Origin: the human T2T-CHM13v2.0 reference genome, Homo sapiens
Reading direction: 5' to 3' (one strand)
Length of the DNA: 64,000 nucleotides
Assembly (NCBI RefSeq): GCF_009914755.1
Contig: NC_060929.1
Under the pieces are notes generated by a model. It saw nothing but the letters and a program-made list of their open reading frames with translations. It made no database searches and was not told the origin of the DNA. Positions 1 to 14,339 of this stretch are shown piece by piece; position 1 is the stretch's first letter, and each line of letters opens with the position of its first letter. Made by a program: the position numbers and the translations under genes.

Positions 1-776
1 ATAACACAAATAAGAGAGTTGGGTGTGAATGACACCTAAACCACATAGATCTCCAGTCTTTAAGACGGAGATAATAAGATGATTGGCAGTGTTGGAAGGA
101 AATCTTCCCTGGATTTCTTGGTGATTTGACATGGTCTGGACCGCCCAAGCAATAGACATTGTCAAATTATAATGATAGAACACGCATCCTCTTCTTTTCC
201 CCCACAACTACCTCCTCTTTGGGTTCTAAGGGTGGTAGATATGAAGTCTTTTGTCTCCTTTTTCACCAGAGACATCTGTTCCTTCTTCAAAAGATATGAG
301 AGCCTTTCTATTATCTGCATGATTCAATGTTTACATTCTTGGTTGTAGAATTTCTTCTCTTCCACCAACAGAAGATCTTTGTACATTCCAAAATAAAAGA
401 TAAGCACCTTTTATAAGTCCAGAAGCATAGATGGTTGGCTCCTATGTAAGCTTTAAAATTCATAATTTTGGAGTTTCTCTACTGTGGTAGAGACCCCTCT
501 ATGTGCAGGGTACGTTTGGCTTTCCTTACATAGCCCTATGAAGGACTGAGGTATGGGCAAATAGCAACATCACTAAGGTATTCTGTGAGTCAGTAAAAAG
601 AGGTTTTTTGTTTTGTTTTGTTTGCTTTTGGTGTGTTCTTGATAATCTCTGGTGTTTCTGCTAGTGTATTTGTGTGTATGTGTGTATCTATTGAACTATA
701 TTTCTATCTTCTATTTATCCAATCTGTATGTATATACATATCTATATCTATTTATCTTACTATATAATCTACCCAG

Positions 777-820
<44 letters not shown>
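777..820. repeat. (TATC)11 tetranucleotide microsatellite
   Basis: Eleven perfect TATC units read directly from the sequence. Confidence 0.95.
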
Positions 821-822
<2 letters not shown>

Positions 823-1139
823 ATCTAAACAAGTAGTGTAACATTTTCAACTCTTCACAGTTTTACACCTAAGAGATGTATATGTGGCAGCAAGGATATG
901 ACACAAAGCAAACATGTAAGAATTGTACTAAGTAATTTTTTTGAGAATTGTATTGAAAAAATAAAAACAACAAAAACGTAATCAAATAATATTTCAAACC
1001 TAGCCTGAAACTCTTCAAAACAGTCCATAGGCCAGCAAACCTACATCTATATAAGTATCATTTTAAAGCTTTTCAGCCTCTTAAAAGGACATCTGTTCCA
1101 TTGCCTACTTCACATGTGGACAGAGCACATAATGGACAA

Positions 1140-2686
1140 AAATAAACCTTCCAGAAAGAAGGATCCAGAGGCCATAGAGAACAATGAAAAAGGTAATTCC
1201 TGCCAGAGAGTAAATCCAGCCACTAACAGATGGTGTAACATGAATTAACTACACTGCCAGCAAAAGGAACCTTCAATTTCTTCCCAGACTAATGATGGCC
1301 TTGTGTTTCCCGCTCCTCCTTTTTCTAAATGCAGGTTTTGAAATGTGTTACTTATTACCTCAGTACAATTGTATGGTAAATGTGTTAGGGATATATAACT
1401 TGAATTTTAATTTACAGATGTAAAGTAAATTTTTCTACCTACTTGTATAGGAGATATTAAAGCTGACTCTGTGTTTTAACACAACCATTATAACCAACAA
1501 AATCTCTTAAAATATAATAATATTTGAGTGATATCACTATGCCAGAACCTCACTGGCCTGACCAGAGAACAATGATTCCTGTTTTATTAAATAATTATTT
1601 GTGCACAGAATCCTGGACTCCTCCCTTCCTAACCAGAGAGCTTCTTTTCAATCTTCATTGGCATAACTAAGCATCAGTAACATATACTTCCCCCCTTTCT
1701 AGTGGTTAGATATCTCTGATTTGCATTCTTAGTGAATCACTGATTTTATTCTACTGGTGTATCTCTTTGCCTGGCAGGTTAATAAGCCTGGTATTCTTTT
1801 GTCATTGGATGTTGTTTTTTTTATTGTATGCTTCTTTAAATTACTGAAGGCCATTGTTTACAAAGGTCACAGTACAACAAGGACTTACATCTTGATCTGA
1901 TAAAGAGGACTGTATATTATATAGGGATCTTGGAGTTTGAGTTGAATGAAATAATAGATTAGGGCTTTAGAATATTTTCTCCCCTAAGAATGAGATTAAA
2001 TATATAGAATAGAAAAATGAATACTGTGCTTGCAGAGATTTTTTTTTAATGTTTTATTTTGCTAGAAAGCAGGTTTCACCACGTTGCCCAGGCTGAACCT
2101 TGAACCCCTGTGCTCAAGCGATCCACCCACCTTGACCTCCCAAAGTGCTGGAATTACAGATGTGAACCACCATGCCTGGCCTGTGCTTGGGTACTGAAGT
2201 TGCAAAACAGATAGACAGATTTTGGTAGAAATCTAATATATTTTATTTGATATCATTAGATCATCATATATTTTGCTGCCAATGAAATGCTTTTTAGCCC
2301 CTTTTGCCAGGTATAGCTTTGCAAAAAAAATTATGACCACTGGGAAGCGAGTGGAGGTGCATGCAGCTCTCAGGAACATTCTATAAATGTTAGTTGGCAT
2401 GCTACATTTGTCCTTTCTTATTTGATCTGCTCCTTCCTGATGACTGGAATTAATTAGATGGCCATGTTGGATTCCCCAACTTGGAAGTGAGTTGACTTTG
2501 GGAATGTAGGCTACGTAAGATGATTGATATAAATGTAAGACATTTTGTGCTTCGTGGAGAAGAGCATCACATTGTACTCAACTTCTATACATTTGAATAT
2601 TTCCATATAATAAATAAAGTTGTATTTTGTAAAGCCATTATTATATCTGCATTCTTCGTTATTTTAGTCAATCCTAATCATAACTG
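1140..2686 (+). mobile_element. Old MaLR (MLT1-type) 3' internal remnant plus LTR, interrupted by a FLAM
   Basis: 'gccatagagaacaatg' and 'tgtgtttcccgctcctcctttttctaaatg' resemble MLT1-int and the segment at 24915-25300 here. 2222-2686 ends like an MLT1 LTR ('aagccattatt...ttagtcaatcctaatcataactg'). Very diverged. Confidence 0.45.
2039..2181 (-). mobile_element. Alu left monomer (FLAM_C-like)
   Basis: Single antisense monomer 'gtttcaccacgttgcccaggctg...cccaaagtgctggaattacaga...cctggcc' with a T-tract. 'tgtgcttg' is repeated on both sides (2025-2032, 2182-2189). Confidence 0.85.
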
Positions 2687-3229
2687 TTTGCCAATCTAAA
2701 CTATTAAATTGATAACCTCTCAGACAACTATTTCAACTTTTTCTGATTCTTTCGGACACCATTGGAAGTTTTTTCCTGCACAAAACATGTACGAAATAGC
2801 ACAGCCATAATTAGAAATTTACAGGCACATCTATAAATATCAACTGAGATTTAAAACTTAGAACTCTTCATGTCAATCACAACATCCTTCCTCATTCTCT
2901 AAAATTTACTGTACCTACTTTTTATTTCTATAGGGATCTCTACCTACCAAAAAGCAATCATCTATTACTAATGTTTATTTACCTAAATTCTTTTAGCATT
3001 TATGTTTTATACCATGTATTTTGTTACTTCTTAGCACAAGTGAATTATATTATAAAGTGGTTTCATAATATTTTGTTACATTCCTTTGGTAGTTGTAAAA
3101 ACATGGCAGCACTCATCTAAACTAGTAATAGACACAAATTCTAGATTCTATTTATTGAGGTATATTGCAGGTCAAATACTATAATAGTTCATTTAATTTC
3201 CAAACTATCATACAAGTAGTTCATAATAA

Positions 3230-4848
3230 TGTATAGAGTTGAATACTGACCTCTTTCAAATTTTACCACCCAGAATATGTGAGGGTGACATTATTTCAGA
3301 CAAGAATGTCTATAGATCTAATTAAAGCAAATACCTTGAGCTGAGATAATCCTAGACTAGGTTGGGCCTAACATCCAATAAGAGTATCTTTGTAAGAGAC
3401 AGAAGATGGGAAGACATACAGAGACACACTGAGGGGAAGGCCATGTGGAGAAGGAAGAAGAGATTGGAGTTATGTTTCTAACAAGCCAAGGAACATGAGG
3501 GTTAGCTAAGCCACCAGAAGATAAGAAAGAGGCACTGAACAGACTCTCTGAGCCTCCAAAGGGAACCAGTCCGGCTAACACTTCATTTTGGCCTTCTGGC
3601 CTTCAGAACTTTGAGACAATACATTTTTGTTGTTTTAAATCACCCAATGTGTGGCCATTTGTTACGACAGCCCCAGGAAAGCAATACAGATTTTGTTACC
3701 AGGAAGTAAGGTGCTGCTGTAACAATTAACTGCAAATGCAGAAGGTGATTTGGATTTGGGTAATGGACAGAAGTTGGTAGAATGTGGAGGCACCTCTTGA
3801 AGAGATATTGGCAGAAACATGAATATTAAGACTATTGTGATGAGCCTCAGAAGGAAGTGAAGAACACTGTAGAGAATGCTTCTCACTTCTTAAAGAACAC
3901 ATACTTTTTTGAATAGATGTCAGTAGAAAGACAAACATTAAAGATCTTTCTGGTGATGTCTCCAAAGAAAATGAAGAACAAGTTATTGTAAACTGTAACA
4001 AACCAGATCCTTGCTAGAAAGTAGCAGATATTTTAGCTGAATCATGTTCTACTATCAAGTAGAAAGCAAGACTTGCAAGGTTAAACTTGAATATATAACT
4101 GAGAAAGTTTCAAGTGAGGTGTTGAGGGTGAAGTATGGTTTTTCCTTGTTCCTTATAGTAAAATATAAAAGAAAAGAGATAAACTGAAGATGAAACTTCT
4201 GTGTGAGAAGGAATCAGCACTTGATGATGTGGAAGATTCTTAGCATATCTACGTTGCAAAGGATGGAAGAATTAGGAATTTCACTGTTGGAAGAGCAAAT
4301 TCTAAAGAGAGGGTCAAAGGTATGGCTGAACAAACTTTTGTTGAAAAAATTAGGTGTGTGATTCATGGATCCAGTCAACCATCTTAGGAGAAGCCAGAAA
4401 TAGAAATGGAGTTATTTCAGAAATGCACAACCTTTTTCTAATGGTGCAGATCACTTCATACATAGTAGACCCACAATGTTTTTGAAAATGTTATATAAGC
4501 ATAAACATTGGCAGCTTGGATTGAAAGAAAAAGACATGTGATGGAAAGAAGGAAGATGAACAATCTTCTGGGATGTCAAAGGAATAAATTTTGCTGATAA
4601 AATAACTCAGCTGAAAATGTGCCAACCTTTAAATAAAGAAGAAATAACTACTCAGGTGCTGAAGGCAGTGTAGCCACTGCCAAGCATGGAGGAGAGAGGC
4701 ATGGACTGCATTCTCCCAGAAAGGACCAACCCTACTGGTAAGTAGATTTCAGATTTACAGTCTCTGAAACTGTGAGAGAATGATTTTCTGTTGTTTTAAG
4801 ATACCCAGTGTGTGATAATTATTATGGCAATCCTAGGAAACTGATATA
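3230..4848 (+). mobile_element. MLT1B/C-type MaLR element: 5' LTR (3230-3688), partial internal region, 3' LTR remnant (~4710-4848); inserted in a MIR
   Basis: LTR runs 'tgtatagagttgaat...ccccaggaaagcaataca' and is followed at once by the MaLR internal start 'gattttgttaccaggaagtaaggtgctgctgtaac'. A second LTR end reads 'ttgttttaagatacccagt...tcctaggaaactgatata'. MIR-like halves flank it. Confidence 0.8.
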
Positions 4849-5804
4849 TAGAATATTCACTTTACATGTGGGTGCAACAACCCTTGAGAAGTCTAAATAA
4901 CATCATCATGGTCACACAATTATTGGGTAATAAAGTCAGCTTTTGCACCAAAGGAGTCTGCTCCAGAGAATTAATCAATCAATGCAATATCTCATGGGAC
5001 ATTTTACTTTTTTAGAAAGTTCAAAATGTAATTATGGACTGAAGAGACAATCAATTGATTCATTTAGTTTGTGGTCATTCCTATCAATGTTCTCCAGATA
5101 CAGAATTTTCAGGCAACCACAATCCTTGCAGGAGCTGTAGCATGAATATGACCAGTATACAAACCATAATATTTATGACCAGAACCAAAGTATCACCAAT
5201 GAAAGATCACAGAGCAACCTCAATCATAAATGGTACTACCTTAATAGAATTAACATGAACACAGCCATGTGAAGACCAAGAAGCCGGAGACTATGAGTTT
5301 GCCATTTTCAGCTTTATGAGGTTTTCGGTGCTAGTATAAAATAAGAAACTGAGAAATGTGTTGCAGTAGTAAGACATTGTATTTCAGGCTTAGATATCTG
5401 CAACTGCACTGAGTCAAGCACTAGAGGATTACACTAGGTATATTAGTAACCTCACCAAGATTTTTTAAAATGACCATCATTACACAATTAAATTATACAA
5501 TTAAATACAATACAGTAAGATATAATATTTGACTATATTATTTTACTATATGATGCATATATAGTAATAATACCTTCTTGATGTGTTAAGTTCTAGTTGG
5601 GGAATGCTAAAATTGAACAAAATTGAGGATGAAGGAGCAATTGTAGTATTCTTCACAATTATAAAAGCAATTATTATCAGACATATTTGTATGTAATATG
5701 CAATCTGTGCTAGCAAACATTAGGAAGCTCTAAGTCAATTGCCTTAAAAATAATATATATTTTATAAATTTACACACACACACACACAATTTTTTTTTGA
5801 GGTC

Positions 5805-5940
5805 TGGCAATCTAAACCCCTCATTTTGAATAGAGGAAACTCAAAGCACAAACTCACCTATTTAGATTAGGATAAAGTTTTGCTTAGAATAAAAATTCCT
5901 GATTTTCTTTCAGCTCTTCTTTCCAATATACAGTCTCTAT
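5805..5940 (-). mobile_element. MIR fragment
   Basis: Core-like 'cccctcattttgaatagaggaaactcaaagcaca'. Confidence 0.5.
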
Positions 5941-6500
5941 ACATTTGGTATGTTACAAGCTCCAGAATTCACTTTAGTGATACAAAAAATAAACTTGGCT
6001 TAGTATTTAACAGTTTATTTTATCCTTCTCATCAAGAAGCCTGCCCTTTTTTTTGTTGTTTTCTTAGCTAACATTCATAAAAGCAACATCAAAGAAGGAT
6101 ATTAATGTGTAGAAAAATGTTCTTACATACTTGCCTAAATTATGTATTTGATTAAAACTGCTATAACAGCCATGGCTTTCTAACCAGTAAAATGAATCTC
6201 ATGCATCAAGGTAATGACTAGACCTTTAACATGATATATTGTAAGCTACAATACCTGTAGAAATGAGTGAGGAAAGAATAATTACAAAGGAAGTATGTGT
6301 TTGAGGAAACAACTTTTGCAATTAGAGGCCTGCATTTAAGGAATGCCAGCGTTTCTGTGTTTCCCCTGGATATTCTTGGTAACTAGCACAGTGTTGTAAC
6401 AATTTTAAGACATTACAAATTAACATATGTGACCATGAGAATTTATCTATGAGGAATATTTTTAAATTAATGACTCTTCATGGTTTTATATGTATATTCA

Positions 6501-6820
<320 letters not shown>

Positions 6821-7355
6821 TCATAACAATCAATTTACTTACAAGTTAGAGGCAATTTATTTTCTAAGGCCAGCTTATGTATCTCAAATTGTTTTGACCT
6901 CCACAGTAACTTGATTCTATAGCACTGGACATCAAAGCTGAAAAATATGTAAAGAAAATGCTTTAAGAATATGCAAGACTCTCTGTATTCTGTGCATCAT
7001 TAATTCAGCCTTCCCAGAATATTTGGTTGACACATCTCTATGAAACTTTGAAATCTCTCACATATTATAATTCATAACCAAAGAAGATTTCTCTAAACAA
7101 AATTCTATCAGGCCAAAGATAGTAACTCTCTGGAAAAAATAAAAAAGCCCACATCCTAATCAGCATTGCCTAAGAAAGAGAAAATGGTAGGCAGAATGAG
7201 AAATAAAATGGTTTAAACAATAAATTTAGTTCCAATCATTCAACGTGACTTAATGGTGACAGAATGGAGTCAACTGCATTAAACAAACAGACCTGGTAGC
7301 TCATAAGTTTCTAAATACAAGAGCAAAGCCAGCACTGTAATGACATTTCTTGTTA

Positions 7356-7713
7356 CAGTCGTCCCTCAGGATCTGTGGCAGACTTGGTTCCAGGACCTCC
7401 TACAGATACCAAGATTCACAGATGTTCAAGTTCCTAATATAAAATGGCATAGTATTTGCATATAGCCTACACACATCTTCCCATATACTTTAAATCATCT
7501 CTAGATTACTTATAATGCATAATAGAATGCAAATTCTATGTAAATAGTAGTTATACTGGATTATTTAGGAAATAATGGCAAGTAAAAATGTTTGTACATA
7601 TTCATTACGGATGCAATTTTTTAAAGCATATATTCAGTCTATGATTAAATATATTCAATTCAATACTGGTTGAATCCATAGGTACAGAATCCACAGATAC
7701 AGAGGATAGATTG
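7356..7713 (+). mobile_element. MER2 (TcMar-Tigger derivative) DNA transposon
   Basis: TA|cagtcgtccctc start and 'gatacagaggatagattg'|TA end. Internal 'gtatttgcatatagcctacacacatcttcccatatactttaaatcatctctagattacttataat' is typical of MER2. Confidence 0.85.
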
Positions 7714-8714
7714 TATTTATATTGTAGTTACAGATTATAAAATGCTTTCATAAACATACTCGCTTTTTAACTTTAATCATTACAACAACCTTCCTAGGTT
7801 GGCAAGTCGAGGACTCTTTTTGACATTATTGAAATGAAAACAACTTTTAGGGAAGGAGGGACTCAATTAATAGTTAGCTGAACTGCAATGACGAGAGTCA
7901 TCACTCAATACTAGGTATCGTCAATCCTGTAATCTCTTCACTACCCTAACTTGCAGTCATTGACATGATAATGCAGCCTGCATGATATTAAAGGTAAACC
8001 AATTAATTGTATTCCTCAGCTACAGTTTACAGGAATATATTTGAGAGGGTTATAATGTTTGTGATTTTTGAATCTGGAAATTTGTTTTAAGCTGATACCG
8101 TCTCTCAAAATATGACTCTTTCCACCAGATAAAAAATATATTATTCTTTCCACCAGAAAGAAGAAAAGATATTATTTTCCCTAAAGGGTAATAGATTTTT
8201 GAAAAGCCAATTACATGCAAAAACAATGATCCAAATTAACATATTTAGAGAATATTCTGAACAAAGCTTCTAAGATTAGAGAGACTGATAGTAGCTAAGC
8301 ATGTGGTAATACAGATAAATTTCATTATCTGTTTATTGAATGTGGATTTTTCAGATTGTTCAAAAAAAGCTCTTTGAAAAGTACACTTAAAGGGAACAAT
8401 ATGGGGAACAATATGCATCACAGTTGAAAGAATCCAAACTTGTAATTAACTAATACCAAGTATATGAGTATAAGCCTTGAGAAAATAAAGCAACATATTT
8501 ATACAAATTCATAATGAAAGAAGAAACAGCAAATATGAAAGAATATAAATCAGATCAAATACATTATTTTATTTACACTTGGCTATGGTCACTTACTTAA
8601 TTCTAAGTAATGAGAAATTGAATACTTTGGCTTCAATTCTGTTCTTTTTTTAGTGTTTGTCACTAGAAAAAAAATTCAATCTGAATCTCTAAGTAAAATT
8701 GTACATCAATGTAC

Positions 8715-9560
8715 ACATTATATCCAGCAGCCTATTCATATTTCCCTTGAAGGTGCCATTGACATCTCAAACTCAAAAATTATCATTTAAGTTAATTATT
8801 CACCCTGTCTCTCACAAATGTCTTCTCCTATGATTGCATATTTTAATGAGAGGCACTACTATAATTCATCCAATTTCCTAAACTCCAGTTCTTTGTGGCA
8901 CCCTTTGATTTCTTCTCCTCCCATATTAGTCATAGCCAAGATATTACCAAATCCCATCTTCAATGTTCTCAATAGTTTAAAATCCACTTCATTTTCTCCA
9001 CCAAATTATTATGTCAGTTAATACCATTACGATATCCTGTTTAAGTTACTAATCTTCCCCAACTCTAAGTTTTCTATTACTCTCTAATTATTTCTGCACT
9101 CTACCGTAAAAGATGATTTTTTTTTGAATCCCAAGTTGATCATAGCACTGCCTAATTAAATCCTTTTTATCTTTCCCCATGGCTCTCTGCATGAGCCCGA
9201 TGTACTTCAAGCTTACCTGTCATCATCTTTCACCAGCTACCTGCATAATGAGTTTAGGAGGAGTTAAACTGTTTGCACACTACACCTAAGCAGTGCAAAA
9301 ACCACTAGTTTGCTCAAGGACTTTGGGAATATATTTTCATTTATAATTCTCATCTCTTCTCTTCTGTCACTTTACTTACACTCAAACAATTACCTGTCCT
9401 TTCTTCGGTAAACCTTCATTTTCTCTGCCTAGATTAGACTCCATGTCTGATTAGACTACCTGTTCAATTATACCTTCATACAGGATGCTTTTTTACGTTT
9501 CCTCACAAATTACTGTACTGTGTAGAAATAGCCTATCGCCTTCTCTATCTCTCAACAGGA
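8715..9560 (+). mobile_element. L2 3' region relic
   Basis: 'tatccagcagcctattcatatttcccttgaaggtgccattgacatctcaaactcaa' and downstream pyrimidine-rich L2-like text. Confidence 0.55.
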
Positions 9561-11684
9561 CTGTGAGTTTTGGGATGGTACATAGTAAGTTTTTCACAGT
9601 CACTACATTCTCAAAATCTTCCCATTTCAGTCAGTTTATTTTTAGTTTTCATAAAGTTTTGAGTGTAAAGCCTCATTAATCACTGGCATCAACAGTCATA
9701 TGGACTAGGTGGACTATCTTTAACAATGAAGCACATTTCAGCAAAACCTATAGCAAAATGATGTGTTTTCCACTTTTATCTCTGTTTATAAAAGCTGTGG
9801 CTAAACAAGATAGATTCTTAAAGTCAAGAAATCATAGATAGAGTTTCAGAGACAATTGCTTTTAGGGGTGGGGGTTATTGAAATCAATGTGTCTGACAAT
9901 ATAATGAGGGATAACCTGACACAAAAGGATCCTAAATAAGTGTCCTCGGTCTCTGTCCTTTTTTTCAAAATAGTTGAACCAACGTAAGTCACCTATCCAA
10001 TGTGCATGTTTTTCTTAGTCAAACTCAGTTTTAAGACATTCTTCAAAATATCTGGCAACCTTACGACCAGGAGCAACAGAAGCAATCTGGAAACTTCAAC
10101 TCACTGCCAAGTAACATTGAAGAATTCAAAATGGATATTATATCATCTATTTATATATGCATATTATTATATATACTATATATACATTATATGTAATTGT
10201 AAATTACATATATAGTACACATGCATTATATTAATATATTAATTGCATATGCATTATGTGTGCACATGTAAATGTTCATGAATGTATTGCTGCCCACATC
10301 ACTAAATTAGACTCAATATCACTGAAGTCAAAACACCTGGAAAAAAATAGATTCCACCACATTTTAAAGACCTAAAATAATAAAATCAATTATACTACTA
10401 AATCAATTCTTCTATCTTCATTTTATTTTCCCCCATGATGGTGGACAATTTTGTTTCCAATGAATAATTAAGTGAATTTTTTGCAGTAGATAATTAATGC
10501 TTTCTGAATATTTCCTATCAGTATTCTACAATAAGGCATACTGACTTACCTATCACCATAAGTATTAAACCATATGCTGTAGGCTAGAATATTTATATTA
10601 GTATCTTAATAAAAACTTCCAGAAAATTATCTACATATACAGCAAAATGCATCCTTAGGGATCCCCTGCAAATATTTAAAGGTATCTTTTGTGCAAGGAA
10701 AATAAGATAGTAAAAGTCTCATATGTAAGTTTTTAAAGAGTTAGAGTATACTCTTAGCACTCTCGTCTTGATATTAAAGGCTTCCAAAAGAGCCAAGCCT
10801 CTTTGACATTTAAAATTGTATTTTTCTTCTCCTTCTAGAGAAACTGCTTACATATGGTTTCACCTGTATTTTTAAGTCTTCTTATCTGAGGTATACACTT
10901 GTAGCACAGCATGTTTCTAAGGTCTGAGTGCATATACAAAGAGTGTCTATAAATTAAAAATATAATAAAATAAAAAGAGAAAGATACCCCATATTTCAAT
11001 TATTCTTATTTCTTATTTCTCCAATTCAAAACCAATTGAAAACTAGCTTATTTTCCAAGTTTAGGATATCACTAATTATTTGGTTTGGAATACCATATTA
11101 TATTGATTTGAAAAAAATACAGCATAACTCTAGAGTCATAATACTTTTCTCTTTCTTGTGACAAAAATCCATGTTAACAACCAATGGTGAGGGTCTTTCT
11201 TCTGCTTAAATAATGTTTTAAGTTTCTTCTATATTATAATTGAGGACTAAGCTATTGATTCTACTCAATGTTTCTTCTACAAAATTAATATAATTTCAGT
11301 GGTGTGATGAGATACTGAAATACAGCAAAGAAGCTTAATTGTTTTGGAGAAAAGGATAGGCTAAAGCCTTCTTACCACTCCTACCCCATGACTAGTGGTC
11401 AGCCTGAGCATGGTGTTAATAAGGGTTTTGAGGCTGAGAGTGGTAGTTCTGGGGAAGGGTGTCTGGATCAATTAGTGTTATTTATTTACAGCTCGAAGAT
11501 AAATGCTTAGATTACCTGGTACATGGTGGCATTATAAAAGTGCGGATGATGATTTCTACTTTATAAACATGATGATAATACAAATTATTTTTTATTACAA
11601 TTTTTCTCACTAGTTTAATTAAAACAGATTTTGATTTGATTGTGAATAGTAAAAATGACAGGATAAAAAGCCTGCATGTTACTT

Positions 11685-12307
11685 TGTTGGGGCTCAGAGA
11701 ACAATACCTCAAAATGAAAGCCACAGAAGCAAAAGTTTATCTCTGACCTTCTCCTGCCCTCCTGTCTCTCAGTTCCATTCTCCCCCAAGGATAGGCACAG
11801 AAACAAAAATCCTTCTTCCCCAAGGTAGGTCATAAAAACCAGAATCCGTTTTCCCCAGAGCCAACCATAAAACCTAAAAATATTACTCTAACATTCCCTC
11901 TGCCTTTCTGTGTAAAAACTGGCCATAAAAAATTATCTGACCTATCTTGTTTGACTGTAGGTCATAAGACTTCCATTCCAGAGAAGGTCCTGCCCCAGAC
12001 TCGCAGGGAAGAAATGTCACTGAGAGAGGCCAAGAAGAATCTGCACAGAGAGGTTTTGCTGGGTTTCCCCACTCACAGCATTAGATCATATCCTTTCTGT
12101 CCAATCATACTTCTACATGGCTATCTATATTTTGTTGATCCTAAGTATAAAAATAGACCATTTCCCCTGTATATTTGGGTCTTTGTTCTGAAGGCTCTCA
12201 TTTATACATATTAAATAAATTTGCATGTTTTTTCTCTAATTAATCTGCCTTTTGCAAGTTGATTTTTCAGCAAACCTTCAGAGGGCCAATTCCTCTTGGC
12301 CCCTTCA
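11685..12307 (+). mobile_element. Solo ERV1 LTR, MER39/MER34 group
   Basis: TG start 'tgttggggctcagagaacaatacctcaaaatgaa' and CA end 'cagcaaaccttcagagggcc...ggccccttca'. TATA-like 'tataaaaa' and AATAAA are present. Flanks actt/attt fit a 4-bp TSD with one mismatch. Confidence 0.85.
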
Positions 12308-12894
12308 ATTTCAATAAAGAACATAATGCTAGACATGAAGAAGATTATTCTTTAAAAAAACATGTTTGGGATACAGAAGAGATTTTGTATGTTAAATTTT
12401 ATGCAAACAAACTCTGAGATAGAAGAGACATTCTAAAAGAGGAGAGATAGCAGCTGACCCAATGAAGGCTGGGGGAAGGAGTGGCAAAGAAATCTGTGTT
12501 TCCAGTTGGCCAAGATTATGAGAACAATGAAATAGATTTTTAAAAATGGAAATAAAAGTGAGTCTAGGATATGGAAAAGATGGAATTTAGAGGAAAAAGA
12601 ACATAATTTTGGGGATAATTGTACTCTACAAAAAGGAATGTTGACACCTCTGATTGTAAAGTATGTAGAGATAAATTGGTCAGGTATATACAAAGATATA
12701 TAATGGAAATAAAGGCAAGAAATAAAATAGAAAAGGAAAAATCAAAATAATGAGTTTATTTCACCTATAAAAATCCATTTATAAATTAAAAACATATGAA
12801 ATGTATTACATAGTATAAAACTGCATATTAATAAATTCTATATACCAATGGAAAACTATAATCCAGGGACTGTATAGTATTGCTAATTATTACA

Positions 12895-13030
12895 ATACAT
12901 CAAGCAGATAGGAATCATCATTTTAATTTTATGGATGATAAACTGAGGTTCCCTGAAGTCATTTACTTAAATAGTATGATTAGTAAATGGTAGGAAAGAG
13001 GTTTCACACCTTAATCTTTCTGACAGTCCA
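12895..13030 (-). mobile_element. MIR fragment
   Basis: 'ttttatggatgataaactgaggtt...tagtaaatggtaggaaagaggtttcacacc' matches the MIR core. Confidence 0.55.
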
Positions 13031-14339
13031 TGAGATCTGCAGATCTTCATGGTAAACTTCACCATGTGATTTTTAAGCATAAATAAACCTTCATAAAGAT
13101 ATTTCAGTCAGCATAATTCGAGCTCAAAAGATTAAAGCTATTTCACTATATTTCAACATTATATTTCCCCAGAGGACAATTTAAGAAAAATACATAAGCT
13201 GTAGTAATCAAACCAACGAAATTGATTGAATTATATTATTGAAGAGTGTATTTATTTTTTCACTCACATAGTTTTGACCCAGCATTTTTGCTGATATATT
13301 TTAGAAATCTAGACAAGACAGCTTTAATTGATGTTACACTTTAATAAAAGAGCCCTGGTTCTTACATAGCTTCCCGGAAAATAATCATTTTAGAGGATAG
13401 GTTTGTGTGAATTTTTATGAATACTTCAGAGACTACCTCATCAATTTCTCTGTTGGCTTGATGACTAAATTTGATTAACTGGATAAAGATTTAATTCTGT
13501 TTTCTCAGTTGTAATGTTTTGGTTTTCTTCTCTAAAGGCATTCCTCGTATTCAGTTTGTAAATGAAAATAGAATATACAAGTTAATGTGCAATGTGCTTT
13601 TAAAGCACAATTGTTTCTAATTAAAAAATTTATTCCTACACCATCATAGGTAGACAGACAGAAATTTCACAGAGAGACATCTGTCAAATTTTGATCATCT
13701 TTCCAAGAAAATAGCAGTATTCATGCCATCACTGTCTTCCTGCCTTTATAATGCATAACAATCAGCTAGCTTCCACCATTCTAATTCCAGTAGAGGTAAA
13801 AACATATTGCTGGGTTTTAAGACGAATGCCAATCATCATATTCACATGATATTACTATAAAAACATACATTACTCAGCCTGTGTCCATCTGCTATAAGTC
13901 AACTGAATTAGATTTCAAAGTTCTATTGCAATTCAGAAATGTTTCATGTCTTTCGGTTTATTTTATAGGACCACACACCGTTAACTATTACAGTTAATCA
14001 TTATTAGAATGTCATTCTGAATAGGGCTATAGCACACAAAAATGGTGAATAAAAACCCACCTCCATAAGCTAAACACTTTTTCTTTATCAAAACAGTTAT
14101 TTGTGATTTTATTGTTTATAAATATCTTTGTCATTTACAGGTTTTCTCTGTTTTATATGACTTTAATCACAATCATAAGAAAGATTGTGTATATGTCATA
14201 TACATTATTGAGGAGGAAACTGTGGCAGAGTTAAGTGAAGAAAAAGTCATATAATATAAAAAGCTGCTTAATATTGAGGTGAGACGGCCATGGGCACACT
14301 TAGGCTATACTATAACTCTGTATAAACAAGCATCCATGT

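Noticed and set aside
1-600. Slightly GC-richer unique-looking start, possible pseudogene or LTR
   Set aside because: No sustained ORF on either strand and no family I can recognise. It needs a Dfam/BLAST search.
5535-5572. AT-rich imperfect hairpin
   Set aside because: Expected by chance in low-complexity AT sequence.
8392-8415. Tandem 'gggaacaatatg' x2
   Set aside because: An ordinary short slippage duplication.
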